DNA from: Planctomycetota bacterium
GTDB lineage: Bacteria > Planctomycetota > UBA1135 > GCA-002748355
Assembly: GCA_026984035.1 (NCBI GenBank)
Contig: JALSSW010000070.1
Coordinates: 571-64,570 of the forward strand
Reading direction: 5' to 3'
Length of the DNA stretch: 64,000 nt
Each line of letters begins with the position of its first letter. Positions within the stretch are counted from its first letter, which is position 1. The notes beneath the pieces are model-generated. The model saw only the letters and a program-made list of their open reading frames with translations. It was not told the DNA's origin and did not search any database. The position numbers and the translations under genes were made by a program. This document shows, in pieces, positions 35,943 through 44,911 of this stretch.

Positions 35943-36947
35943 ATGAAGAGGTTGTATGTATTCTTAGGAGCAATAACTGTATTTGCATTTCTTGCCTATT
36001 TCCTTATCGCGCCTTCACATAAAAGAAAGAAAGAAAACCAAAAGGAAGTTGAATATGTGGATCTGAGTTCATTACGGGTGAAGGATCTTCCGGATGTGGA
36101 TGAGGTTCTGAAGTCTGGTAAGCGAAAAGCGGTCCTTAAATCCGATATCACGAAAATTCCTACATACAGTCGGATCAAGGGCCCTGACAGCCTCTTAAAA
36201 ACACCACCCTTAAAAGCAGCATTAAGGTTCGCAAAAAAAGAGGGAGTGGACCTTGGTCTCCGGCTTTCCCCGAATTGGGCTCTCTCCCTGCTGGTGAGAT
36301 GGAAGGGTCGATTGAAGAAGTATAAGGAATTATTAAAGGGCAAAAAAAGAGGGGTGGATTTAAAAACAGGCAAAATTGTGGATATAGATACGGAGTCAGC
36401 TTACCAGGATGCCAAGAAGATGGTTATCGATACAAAGAAAAGTATCGAAGCGTTAAAGAAGGGTTTTTATCTTGTTTTGAAAGAAAGGGATAAGGCTAAG
36501 TGGAATAAAAAAGGCCATGGGTCAGCGTGGCTGGATGCGGAGCTAAACTCTTTGCTTCCCCCTGATTGGAAGGCCGTGCTTTTTCCCCGAGCGATTCCCT
36601 CTATCTCTGGGCCTATAACATTGCTTATTTTTAAGAAGAGGAATCCCCTATCGGATCAAATGCTTGAAGACATCCGAAGTGCGCGGTTTTGGCGAAGAAT
36701 AAAGCCTCTTATTTCGGAATTTAATGAGAAAACAAAACGCGAAAGGTCTCAAATCTATGAAGAATATCTTACAATAAAGGGAAAGTTAGACGCTGTTTAC
36801 CGAAGGGTACATAATGGAGACAAGAAGGTAGAAAAGAGTGAAATCCTAGCGCTGGAAAATCAATTTAGAAAATTGCCGTATATGCAGCTGTTTAAGTTGG
36901 CCCATAACGTTTTTGACTCCAAAAAAATATTGTTCAATAAAAAATGA
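35943..36947 (+). CDS. Lys-rich membrane-anchored protein of unknown function (AT-rich island gene 1)
   Basis: 334-aa ORF. AGGAGAGGG lies 3 nt upstream of the ATG. N-terminal TM (LYVFLGAITVFAFLAYFLIA). A spot count of 36001-36060 gives 37% GC. No family recognised. Confidence 0.6.
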   Translation: MKRLYVFLGAITVFAFLAYFLIAPSHKRKKENQKEVEYVDLSSLRVKDLPDVDEVLKSGKRKAVLKSDITKIPTYSRIKGPDSLLKTPPLKAALRFAKKEGVDLGLRLSPNWALSLLVRWKGRLKKYKELLKGKKRGVDLKTGKIVDIDTESAYQDAKKMVIDTKKSIEALKKGFYLVLKERDKAKWNKKGHGSAWLDAELNSLLPPDWKAVLFPRAIPSISGPITLLIFKKRNPLSDQMLEDIRSARFWRRIKPLISEFNEKTKRERSQIYEEYLTIKGKLDAVYRRVHNGDKKVEKSEILALENQFRKLPYMQLFKLAHNVFDSKKILFNKK

Positions 36948-37226
36948 AAAGGCTTTTCCGGGCACCCCTTCATGCCGGATGGTTCCTGAGTTTTCAGGCT
37001 CCTCCTCAATGTGTCCGGGTTCAATGGTTGTGGGGATTTTTCTGTAATATGTTTTCGATTTGTTTCTTCCGTCTAAAGGATACCTCCTGTTCTGTGTGCA
37101 ATGTTTCTTCCTTCATTATTTCGTTATTTTGATGACTTGCATCTGAGGTCTCCTGATGACCAGGTTGAAATCTATGTTTGAGAGGTGCATTGGGTTTAGA
37201 CGTGGAATTTCATCTGAGGGTTTTAG

Positions 37227-38870
37227 ATGAAGGGTGGGAAGGGTTTTGGTCAAAAAAAAAAATTCAAAGGAGGTCTTAAGGTGATTTTTTTCAATCGTTC
37301 AAAGTCTTTCGTTTATTCTTTTTCCTTGTTTTTCTGGTTCGTGGTCAATATTGGCTTGGGCAAGGTTCTAAGCCAAGAGCCCGATTATTGGCGGGCATCG
37401 GTCCAATCCGTGATTCACATTCAGGAGCCGGTTGCAGGAATAGCAAAAATTTCAAACCCCTATGGGCAAAACCAAGCTGTTCTGAAGTTTTACAAAATGT
37501 CGGGTTCCTCGGTTGAATCGAATCCCAGTTTTTCCCTTCCCCTTCCCTTTCATCGGCCCGGAATAGGGTTTGCTATCTCAAGGAAGGAAATCGTTATTTG
37601 TGGATACCATTACTCGGATTGGACTACCTTTACTGGGAAGGGGAAGCTTTTGTCCGTCCAATTCGGGTTAGATGCAAACAATGCGGTGGAAGCGCAAATC
37701 ACCAATGCCGTTGACCTTCCCCTGTATGACCCCATCAAAGTTTTGTATTTAAGAGACGCTAAAAAACTCATTTTTTTAGATCACAAAACAAGAACAATCC
37801 TTGGTGGGGATTGGGGGGGGGTTGGTACGAATTTTCCTTCTACCTTTTCAGCGATAGCCGATGAAAGTCAAGTCCCAATTTTGCGATTTTATCCCAACCT
37901 ATTTGTTGGGCAAATCGTAGGGCGAAAAAGCCTGGGTGTTTCAGCCTTTTCGGCCGATGACTACTTTAAAATTGCTATGGACTCTCAAGGGAATTGGGAC
38001 GTCCAAAGTTTCTCCCGTACTTCCTCCACAGAAATACCTATTGTTATTTTGGGAGGGGCATGGCTCTCCCAAACCCATCCACTCATGGTCAAGGCATCGA
38101 GTGGTGATTATGAAAAGTCTTGGCAACTTGTGAGAAAGCATGATCAAGCTTATGTGAACGGAGGATTGCTTTCTCTTGATTCTTTGCAAGCCCTCCCCAT
38201 GCAAGAAGAATTTCGGGTGAACCCGGGAAGCGAATATTTTTATGAATTCTCTTTTAAAGGGGGGACCGAAAAACACAAAGTTACTTTTGTTCCTTTCGCT
38301 CGTTACGGGGATCCCGTTCAGGGAAATGGGGTTAAGGTGGGGCGATGTTCCATCGTTGGGATCCCATCCGTTGGATCTCAAAGTTTCGGTGTCAGTGCAT
38401 TTATTAAGAAATTGCAAGCGAATGCTCATGTCACTGAAGCCTTTATGAATGTTTCTCAAAGGAATCCCGATGGGACCGATCCTGTGGACATGACGGGCAG
38501 TCAAGCCATTTTGATACCCAACCTCTCCATTCCCTTTTCTTTCGATATCAATACTTTTAAGTCTTCAGTCGGAATTCGCTTTCCTATCGACTCTGAACCC
38601 TCCTTGGATGGAACCGTATTTCTGTTCCAGTTCGTACTGAACCTCGACAATGGAGAAACTGTTTATTCCGATGTGATCGGTGTTCGGATTCATCCTTCAA
38701 CAGGAGAGGGAGAACCCTTGGCAGCTGGGTATTCTTTTGCTTCCAAGAAAAAGGTGTCCTCCCTTTCCGGCTATCGATTCCTCAAAGTCGCTAAAAAGGG
38801 AGGGCAAACTCCGGAAACGGCAAAAATCTGGAAAAGCCTCTACGCGAAAATGAAAAAAGCCCGAAAGTGA
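37227..38870 (+). CDS. Secreted or membrane-anchored protein of unknown function (island gene 2)
   Basis: 547-aa ORF with a basic N-terminus followed by a hydrophobic segment (FVYSFSLFFWFVVNIGLG). It contains an A11 tract (37252-37262) and a G9 tract (37813-37821). The C-terminal motif FPIDSEPSLDGTVFLFQFVLNLDNGETVYSDVIGVRI is shared with two other proteins in the window. Confidence 0.6.
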   Translation: MKGGKGFGQKKKFKGGLKVIFFNRSKSFVYSFSLFFWFVVNIGLGKVLSQEPDYWRASVQSVIHIQEPVAGIAKISNPYGQNQAVLKFYKMSGSSVESNPSFSLPLPFHRPGIGFAISRKEIVICGYHYSDWTTFTGKGKLLSVQFGLDANNAVEAQITNAVDLPLYDPIKVLYLRDAKKLIFLDHKTRTILGGDWGGVGTNFPSTFSAIADESQVPILRFYPNLFVGQIVGRKSLGVSAFSADDYFKIAMDSQGNWDVQSFSRTSSTEIPIVILGGAWLSQTHPLMVKASSGDYEKSWQLVRKHDQAYVNGGLLSLDSLQALPMQEEFRVNPGSEYFYEFSFKGGTEKHKVTFVPFARYGDPVQGNGVKVGRCSIVGIPSVGSQSFGVSAFIKKLQANAHVTEAFMNVSQRNPDGTDPVDMTGSQAILIPNLSIPFSFDINTFKSSVGIRFPIDSEPSLDGTVFLFQFVLNLDNGETVYSDVIGVRIHPSTGEGEPLAAGYSFASKKKVSSLSGYRFLKVAKKGGQTPETAKIWKSLYAKMKKARK

Positions 38871-38878
38871 TTCTTAGG

Positions 38879-38911
38879 TTCAGCCTAAAAAAAGTAATTT
38901 AGGCTGAATTT
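38879..38911 (+). terminator. Hairpin terminator after island gene 2
   Basis: Perfect 11-bp stem TTCAGCCTAAA (38879-89) / TTTAGGCTGAA (38898-908) with an 8-nt loop, then TTT. It begins 9 nt after the stop. Confidence 0.55.
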
Positions 38912-39197
38912 ACAACTTGTCCGTACCTCTTGAGAGCTTTGTTCTACCTTGTTATTTCCCATGGGTTTGAAAACCTCCATAGCAGCCTGGAGTGTCCTTT
39001 TCATTTCCAAGATGAAAAAGGACAGGTCTTTTTTGTTGTGGGAGCATTCTTGGAAAGTCTGCTCACCAGGGCTGAGACAGGAGGAGCTTTGGTTGAAAAA
39101 ACTCTGGAATGCGGAACCTGATGTTTGAAAAATGCTTCAGGGATGGATCGAGGTGGGGAATCATGTGAGTTAAGCTGCCCTCCTATCTGAGTTTTAT

Positions 39198-40979
39198 TTG
39201 GAGGGTGATTTGTCTCTCAACAGCTTCGATGTCATCACCTTTGTTGGGTTTCTGGTTGTGGTCGTGGTGGTGTCGCTCTGGGCCTCTCGGAAGGAGGAGA
39301 GTTCAGAGGATTATTTTCTGGCAGGCCGGAAACTGAACTGGTGGCTGATCGGTTTTTCTTTGATCGCCTCCAATATCTCCACTGAGCATTTTGTCGGAAT
39401 GGCTGGGCAGGCTTTTGGAAGGGTCGGTCTTGCCATTGCGAGCTACGAGTGGATGAGTGCCATCACCCTTGTCATTGTCGCTTGGTGGTTGCTTCCCAAA
39501 TTTCTGCGCATTGGCATTTATACGATGCCCGAGTTTCTGGAGTATCGCTTTGATCGGGGTACTCGCACCATCATGGCCATTTATCTCCTGGTTCTCTATG
39601 TGTTTGCCCTCCTTGCCACGGTTCTTTATAGCGGAGCGCAGGGACTGAATGGGGTTTTCGATTTTCCCAGCATGCTTGAAAACCGCTTTGGGATGAGCCC
39701 GGGCGATGCTAAGGACTGGGCGACTTTGGGGGGGATTTGGGTGATTGGGGCCATTGCTGCCATCTATACCATTTATGGGGGACTCAAGGCTGTGGTCTGG
39801 TCGGATCTGCTCCAGGGGGCAGCCCTTTTGGCCGGGGGAGCCATTGTCCTCTATTTTGGGCTCCGGCTTGTTGGAGGGGGATCCTTGGTTCCGGGTGGAG
39901 GGGTGAATGGGGGAGATCTTGTGGAAGGTTGGAAGGCCTTCAGTGTCCACAATTCTGAAAGGTTGCATGTGATCCTTCCCTGGAATGACCCCGATGTCCC
40001 TTGGCTGGCTGTTTTTGTAGGAGGGCTTTGGATTCCTAATCTATTTTATTGGGGACTCAATCAGTTCATTACCCAAAGGACCCTCGGCGCCAAAAGTTTG
40101 TCGGAAGGACAGCGCGGGATCTTTTTGGCCTGCGTTTTCAAACTCGCCATCCCCTTTTTAATTGTGATCCCGGGGATCATGGCCTTTCAACTCTTTGGAG
40201 AGAGCTTGATCGAAAAAGCGGGGGGAGATGTTTCCAAGGCGGGGGAACTGGCCTATCCCCACATGATCGCGCAGATTATGCCGCCGATGTTGCGAGGGGT
40301 CATGCTTGCGGCTTTGGCGGGGGCGGTGATGAGCACCTTTAATTCCGGGATTAACTCGGCCTCAACCATCTTCACGATTGACCTCTACAAAAAATATTTA
40401 CGCCCCGATGCGTCCACCAAAAAACAGGTTCGTGTGGGCCGCATCGCGACCGCGGTAATTGCTCTTTTCGCCTGCCTGGTGGGTCCTCTTCCGGGGAAGT
40501 TTCAGGGGGTCTTTGCTTATATCCAGGAGATTTGGGGCTTTATCTCACCTGGGATTGTCGCGGCATTTCTTGGGGGAATCCTCATTAGGAGGGCTCCTGC
40601 GATTGCGGGCCGAATGGCTCTTCTTGGTAGCCCTATCCTCTATGGGATTTGTCGCGTTCCCAAGTGGGTGTTCGAGGGAAAGTATGTGGTGGAGTTGGAG
40701 GGAGGGGAAAAAGTTTTGCACCTTACAAAGGGAGGGAAGGCTGTAGGCGGCTTTGTACAAGGCCTCTATGATTTTAATAATTGGGCTTTTCTGCATCACA
40801 TGGCTTTGGTGTTTTTCGTTTTGATTCTTGCCATGCTGATGATCACCCTGTTGCGACCCATGACGAGGGAGACCGTTTATCCTCGTTCTTCCATCGATGT
40901 CCAAGTCCCAAGATCCAACTATGTGCTGGGGACTCTGATTGTTTTGGCTACGATCGCTCTCTACGTTGTTTTTCGCTGA
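39198..40979 (+). CDS. Sodium:solute symporter (SSS family, SGLT/SglT-like sugar transporter)
   Basis: DYFLAGRKLNWWLIGFSLIASNISTEHFVGMAGQAF plus a polytopic profile. 593 aa. The start is TTG 39198, or the in-frame TTG 39210 just after GGAGGG. Confidence 0.85.
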   Translation: MEGDLSLNSFDVITFVGFLVVVVVVSLWASRKEESSEDYFLAGRKLNWWLIGFSLIASNISTEHFVGMAGQAFGRVGLAIASYEWMSAITLVIVAWWLLPKFLRIGIYTMPEFLEYRFDRGTRTIMAIYLLVLYVFALLATVLYSGAQGLNGVFDFPSMLENRFGMSPGDAKDWATLGGIWVIGAIAAIYTIYGGLKAVVWSDLLQGAALLAGGAIVLYFGLRLVGGGSLVPGGGVNGGDLVEGWKAFSVHNSERLHVILPWNDPDVPWLAVFVGGLWIPNLFYWGLNQFITQRTLGAKSLSEGQRGIFLACVFKLAIPFLIVIPGIMAFQLFGESLIEKAGGDVSKAGELAYPHMIAQIMPPMLRGVMLAALAGAVMSTFNSGINSASTIFTIDLYKKYLRPDASTKKQVRVGRIATAVIALFACLVGPLPGKFQGVFAYIQEIWGFISPGIVAAFLGGILIRRAPAIAGRMALLGSPILYGICRVPKWVFEGKYVVELEGGEKVLHLTKGGKAVGGFVQGLYDFNNWAFLHHMALVFFVLILAMLMITLLRPMTRETVYPRSSIDVQVPRSNYVLGTLIVLATIALYVVFR

Positions 40980-41058
40980 GCTTGTCCACTTGGGCTCGGA
41001 GACGTTTTTCGTGTGAGTCCAGGCTTTGCGAGGGTGCTGTGAGAGGAAGCTGTGGGAC

Positions 41059-42531
41059 ATGAGTGAGTTACCGGAACGTATTGCTGCGGTGGATCTGGGT
41101 TCCAATAGTTTTCACATGGTGGTCGCCCGGGTAAGGAATGGAGTCCCTGAGCCGGAGGATCGGGCAAGAGAAATGGTGCGGCTTGCTGAGGGTTTAGGGG
41201 GCGATGATGTGCTGGATCCTTCTGTTATGGAGCGTGCCCTGGATTGTTTGGGAAGGTTTGGCCAGAGGCTCCGAGGTTTGCCCGTAGATGCGGTTCGGGT
41301 AGTAGGGACGAATACGATGCGCGTGGCGAAAAACGGCAAGGCCTTTCGCAAGCAAGCGGAGAAAGTCCTTGGGCATCGAATTGAGATCATTTCCGGGCAG
41401 GAGGAAGGGCGGCTTGTCTATTTGGGGATGGCGCAGAGCAGTCCGAAGGAATCGGGGAGCCGCTTGTTGGTCGATATTGGTGGGGGGAGTACTGAGATCA
41501 TTCTTGGCGAAGGATTCGAGGCGCTGGAGGTTGAAAGTCATTTTCTGGGATGCGTTGGGTGGACAAAGGAACGCTTCAAAAAGGGAAAGTTGAGTCGGAA
41601 ACGATTTGAAGATGCTTTGCTTCTCGCTCGTCAGGAGTTTCATGGAACGGCTTCCCGCTATCGAAAAAAAGGTTTTGTTCAGTGTGTTGGGTCCTCGGGG
41701 ACAATCCAGGCTGCCGAAGAGGTGATCCGTGCTTTGGAACTGGGAGATGGCCTTAGCAAAAAGGCCCTACGCTGTCTCGTAGAGAAGCTTTTGGAGTTTG
41801 AGCTTCTTGAAGATGTGGCCCTCCCAGGGCTGAATCCGAAACGGGGGCCTGTTTTTGCGGGAGGCCTCGCGATCCTTTTGGCAGTTTTTGAGGAATTTCG
41901 GATTGAGAAGATGCGCGTGAGTTCGGGGGCATTGCGGGAAGGTTTGTTATTCGACATCCTCGGGCGGGTTGGACAAGAAGATGTTCGCGAGCGGACGATC
42001 CAAAGCTTTCAGCGCAAGTTTCATGTGGATGTGGAGCAGGCAGAGCGGGTGGAGACAACTGCCATGGAGATCTTCGAGAGGGCGAAAACGAAAAAGCGAT
42101 TGGAAGCTGGAGAACGGGGGGCGTTTTTGGCTTGGGCGGCCCGGATTCATGAGTGTGGGTTGAGTGTGGCGCGGCGCCACCATCATAGGCACGGGGCTTA
42201 TCTCTGTCGGCATTCGTATTTGCCTGGGTTTTCCAAAGAAGAACAGGAGTTGCTTGCCTTTCTTGTGGGGACACATCGCCGAAAGGTACCCAAAGGTGCT
42301 GGGCAGGGGTTGCGTGAGGACATGCAAAAGGACGCATCCATGTTGATGCAGGTGTTGCGGGTCGCGGTGGCTTTGAACCGAGGAAGAGGCTTTGATGCTC
42401 TTCCCCACTTTGGGGCCAGGTGGGAGGGGGGGAAGCTCGTGTTGGAGGTGCCGGAGGATTGGCTAGAAGAGCATCCCTTATCTGCGATGGATTTATCCGA
42501 AGAGTTAGGAAGAGGAGATCCTTTTCGGTGA
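41059..42531 (+). CDS. ppx: Exopolyphosphatase / guanosine pentaphosphate phosphohydrolase (Ppx/GppA)
   Basis: IAAVDLGSNSFHMVVARV and VDIGGGSTEII ASKHA-fold motifs. Trimmed to ATG 41059. Confidence 0.9.
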   Translation: MSELPERIAAVDLGSNSFHMVVARVRNGVPEPEDRAREMVRLAEGLGGDDVLDPSVMERALDCLGRFGQRLRGLPVDAVRVVGTNTMRVAKNGKAFRKQAEKVLGHRIEIISGQEEGRLVYLGMAQSSPKESGSRLLVDIGGGSTEIILGEGFEALEVESHFLGCVGWTKERFKKGKLSRKRFEDALLLARQEFHGTASRYRKKGFVQCVGSSGTIQAAEEVIRALELGDGLSKKALRCLVEKLLEFELLEDVALPGLNPKRGPVFAGGLAILLAVFEEFRIEKMRVSSGALREGLLFDILGRVGQEDVRERTIQSFQRKFHVDVEQAERVETTAMEIFERAKTKKRLEAGERGAFLAWAARIHECGLSVARRHHHRHGAYLCRHSYLPGFSKEEQELLAFLVGTHRRKVPKGAGQGLREDMQKDASMLMQVLRVAVALNRGRGFDALPHFGARWEGGKLVLEVPEDWLEEHPLSAMDLSEELGRGDPFR

Positions 42532-42566
42532 AGGGCGGGTGGGGTCCTTTGAAGTTTTCTTGGACT

Positions 42567-43667
42567 TTATAGATAGCGCTGAACCTTGTGCCGCTTGCGG
42601 ACCTCGAAGAGAAACTCTTCTTTCATGGAGCGGTGATAGATCCTTCGGATGAGGGGCATTTGTTTCGGGCCTGGGATGATGAAGTGGTTTTGAATGAATT
42701 TGATTCTCTGGATGATGTGCTTGCCGAAGTAACTCTCAATGGGGCTGGAGACTTGACCATCCTTAAGGGCCCAAGCGGTTCGTAAGACCGAGGCGGGGAC
42801 GTAAGGCTCAAAGCGGTCTAGCCAACCCAGAACGCCTCCCCGCCGACGGCTGACTTTGTCGTCTGAATATTTGGCGGCAAGATCCCCGAAGTTGGATCCA
42901 TCTTTTTCAAGTTTGTCGAGGATTCGGACCACCTTCCGGCGAGCTTCAAAGAGGGAAGCTCCCTGTTTTAATCTCCCTGTGGCTGCATCGCGAAAAGAAA
43001 CGAGGATGTGGGCGACTCGGACCTTTCCTCCGAACCAATCTCCATGGCCATAATAGAATTTTTTTGCATCACTGGTGGTGAAACGAGGAGGGACGAGAAA
43101 ATCCAGGAGGGTTTGGATCTCAAGCTGGAGGCCACGGCTGCGGCGGTGGCGGCGCCGCAAATCGGGGATGGATTCCTTTGTGGGTGGATGACCTGTTTTT
43201 TGCGTGTAGGCGGGGAGGAATTTGGTACGAAAATCACTCTCGATTCGCGCATCCAGGCGTTGACTGAAGTCGGCTAAGGGGATGTTTTTTTGTTGGGCTT
43301 CTTTCTGCAGGGAGAGCAGGTCTGCGAATTCGTATGCCAACCTGGGGAGTTCCGGGCTGTTGATCTCACGTTGCCCTTCGGGGCGTTTCCAGCGTTCTTC
43401 GATGTCCGGGTCGAAATGACTCCTCATGTGTCGGGCCAAGGCGCCGAGGCTGACGGGTTTGCCGTCCAGGCGGAAGATGGGAATGTCACGGTCCCTCTCG
43501 TAATCAAGAACGCTCGGCAGGAGGGAGGACTCGGGAGCCTGGCTGCCTGCCGGCCTGCTCTGGGGGGCCGAAGACTTTGTTGGCCCTGTTTGAGCGGGGA
43601 GCCTTCTTAGGACGAAGGAGAGGGAAAGGGCAAGGATGCCTGCTATTGTGAATGTTTTCGCTTTCAT
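42567..43667 (-). CDS. Periplasmic parvulin-type peptidyl-prolyl isomerase (SurA/PpiD-like)
   Basis: Signal peptide MKAKTFTIAGILALSLSF. PpiC domain with VRVAHILVSF...FGDLAAKYSDD...RRGGVLGWLDRF. Confidence 0.8.
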   Translation of the reverse strand: MKAKTFTIAGILALSLSFVLRRLPAQTGPTKSSAPQSRPAGSQAPESSLLPSVLDYERDRDIPIFRLDGKPVSLGALARHMRSHFDPDIEERWKRPEGQREINSPELPRLAYEFADLLSLQKEAQQKNIPLADFSQRLDARIESDFRTKFLPAYTQKTGHPPTKESIPDLRRRHRRSRGLQLEIQTLLDFLVPPRFTTSDAKKFYYGHGDWFGGKVRVAHILVSFRDAATGRLKQGASLFEARRKVVRILDKLEKDGSNFGDLAAKYSDDKVSRRRGGVLGWLDRFEPYVPASVLRTAWALKDGQVSSPIESYFGKHIIQRIKFIQNHFIIPGPKQMPLIRRIYHRSMKEEFLFEVRKRHKVQRYL

Positions 43668-43681
43668 CTGGATTGAATTCT

Positions 43682-44911
43682 ATGTCGGAGTCGCCCTCAA
43701 GGAATGGTCAGGCGAAACTTTCTCTCCCATCCGGAGAGAAAGTAGGGGGGGGCATTCCCTGGAAACTCAAAGAAGCCTTCGCTTCTTTCGGCAGTTCCGG
43801 GCCACGGCTTTTTTTTGCCCCCGGTCGCATTAACTTGATCGGGGCCCATCTGGATTACAACGGTGGCTCGGTTTTGCCCGTCCCCATCCAGCAGGGGACC
43901 TATGCTGCCATTGCCCTGCGTAAGGACCATCGCATCCGGCTCAAGAGTTTGGACTTCGTCGAAGAGTTCGATTTGGACGGAAAAGCCCTCCCTCCTGCTT
44001 CCCAACTGGGCTGGGCCGCCTACCCCATCGGAGTTTGGCTCGAAGCCCGCGAAATGGGACACCCATTGATGGGATTCGACCTGGTTTTGGGAGGGGACCT
44101 GAAGCGGGGTTCGGGGCTCTCCTCTTCCGCGTCCCTGGAGGTGGTCATGGGGTTGGCCTTGCTGGAATGCGCGGAGCAATGCGTGGATCTCGAAGAGCTG
44201 GCCATGCTAGGATTCCGGGCTGAAAATGGCTTTGTTGGCGTGAAGTGCGGAATTATGGACCAGTTCGCATCGGCGCTTGGGCAGTCAGGGAAGGCTCTTT
44301 ATCTCAACTGCGCTACTCGGGAACATCGCCATGTACCGCTCGGTGAGGATCTGGAGATCCTGGTTTTGGACACCCATAAACCCCGGGAGCTGGTGGGCTC
44401 GGAGTTCAATCTTCGGGTGGAGCAATGTCATGAGGCTTTGGCCGTTTTGCGGGTGGGGACTCCGGAGATCGGCCATCTAGCGGCGTTTTCTTTGGAGGAT
44501 GTTGAGAGGGCGCGGGCGGAACTGGGGGCGGTCCTTTTTAAGCGGGCGCGGCATGTGGTGACGGAGGTGGATCGAATTGAGCGGGCGGTGGGTGCCCTGG
44601 AGCGGGGGGATTTGGAGGAATTTGGGAGCCTGGTTTATGCCTCGCACCAAAGCTGCCGGGATGATTATGAGGTGTCCTGCCCTGAACTGGATTTCTTGGT
44701 GGAAGGGGTCTGCCAGGCGGATGGGGTGCTGGGGGCGCGTTTGACCGGGGCGGGTTTTGGCGGTTGCTTGATTGCGCTCGCAAGGCCGGGGGCTTTTGGG
44801 CGGGAAGAGGAGCGGCGGCTTGCGGGAGCTTATGATCGGGCCTTTGGGAGGCCCTTGACGGTGCAGCACTTACAGCTTGGTGCGGCTCCCCACGAACTGG
44901 ATCTAGGCTGA
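43682..44911 (+). CDS. galK: Galactokinase
   Basis: APGRINLIGAHLDYNGGSVLP (GalK signature) and GGDLKRGSGLSSSASLEV (GHMP motif). The start is ATG 43682, alternatively 43652. Confidence 0.93.
   Translation: MSESPSRNGQAKLSLPSGEKVGGGIPWKLKEAFASFGSSGPRLFFAPGRINLIGAHLDYNGGSVLPVPIQQGTYAAIALRKDHRIRLKSLDFVEEFDLDGKALPPASQLGWAAYPIGVWLEAREMGHPLMGFDLVLGGDLKRGSGLSSSASLEVVMGLALLECAEQCVDLEELAMLGFRAENGFVGVKCGIMDQFASALGQSGKALYLNCATREHRHVPLGEDLEILVLDTHKPRELVGSEFNLRVEQCHEALAVLRVGTPEIGHLAAFSLEDVERARAELGAVLFKRARHVVTEVDRIERAVGALERGDLEEFGSLVYASHQSCRDDYEVSCPELDFLVEGVCQADGVLGARLTGAGFGGCLIALARPGAFGREEERRLAGAYDRAFGRPLTVQHLQLGAAPHELDLG

Noticed and set aside
38930-39121. 63-aa plus-strand ORF between island gene 2 and the symporter
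   Set aside because: It is short, has no RBS or motif, and lies just downstream of the 38879-38908 terminator hairpin. It is more likely a promoter or leader region for the symporter.
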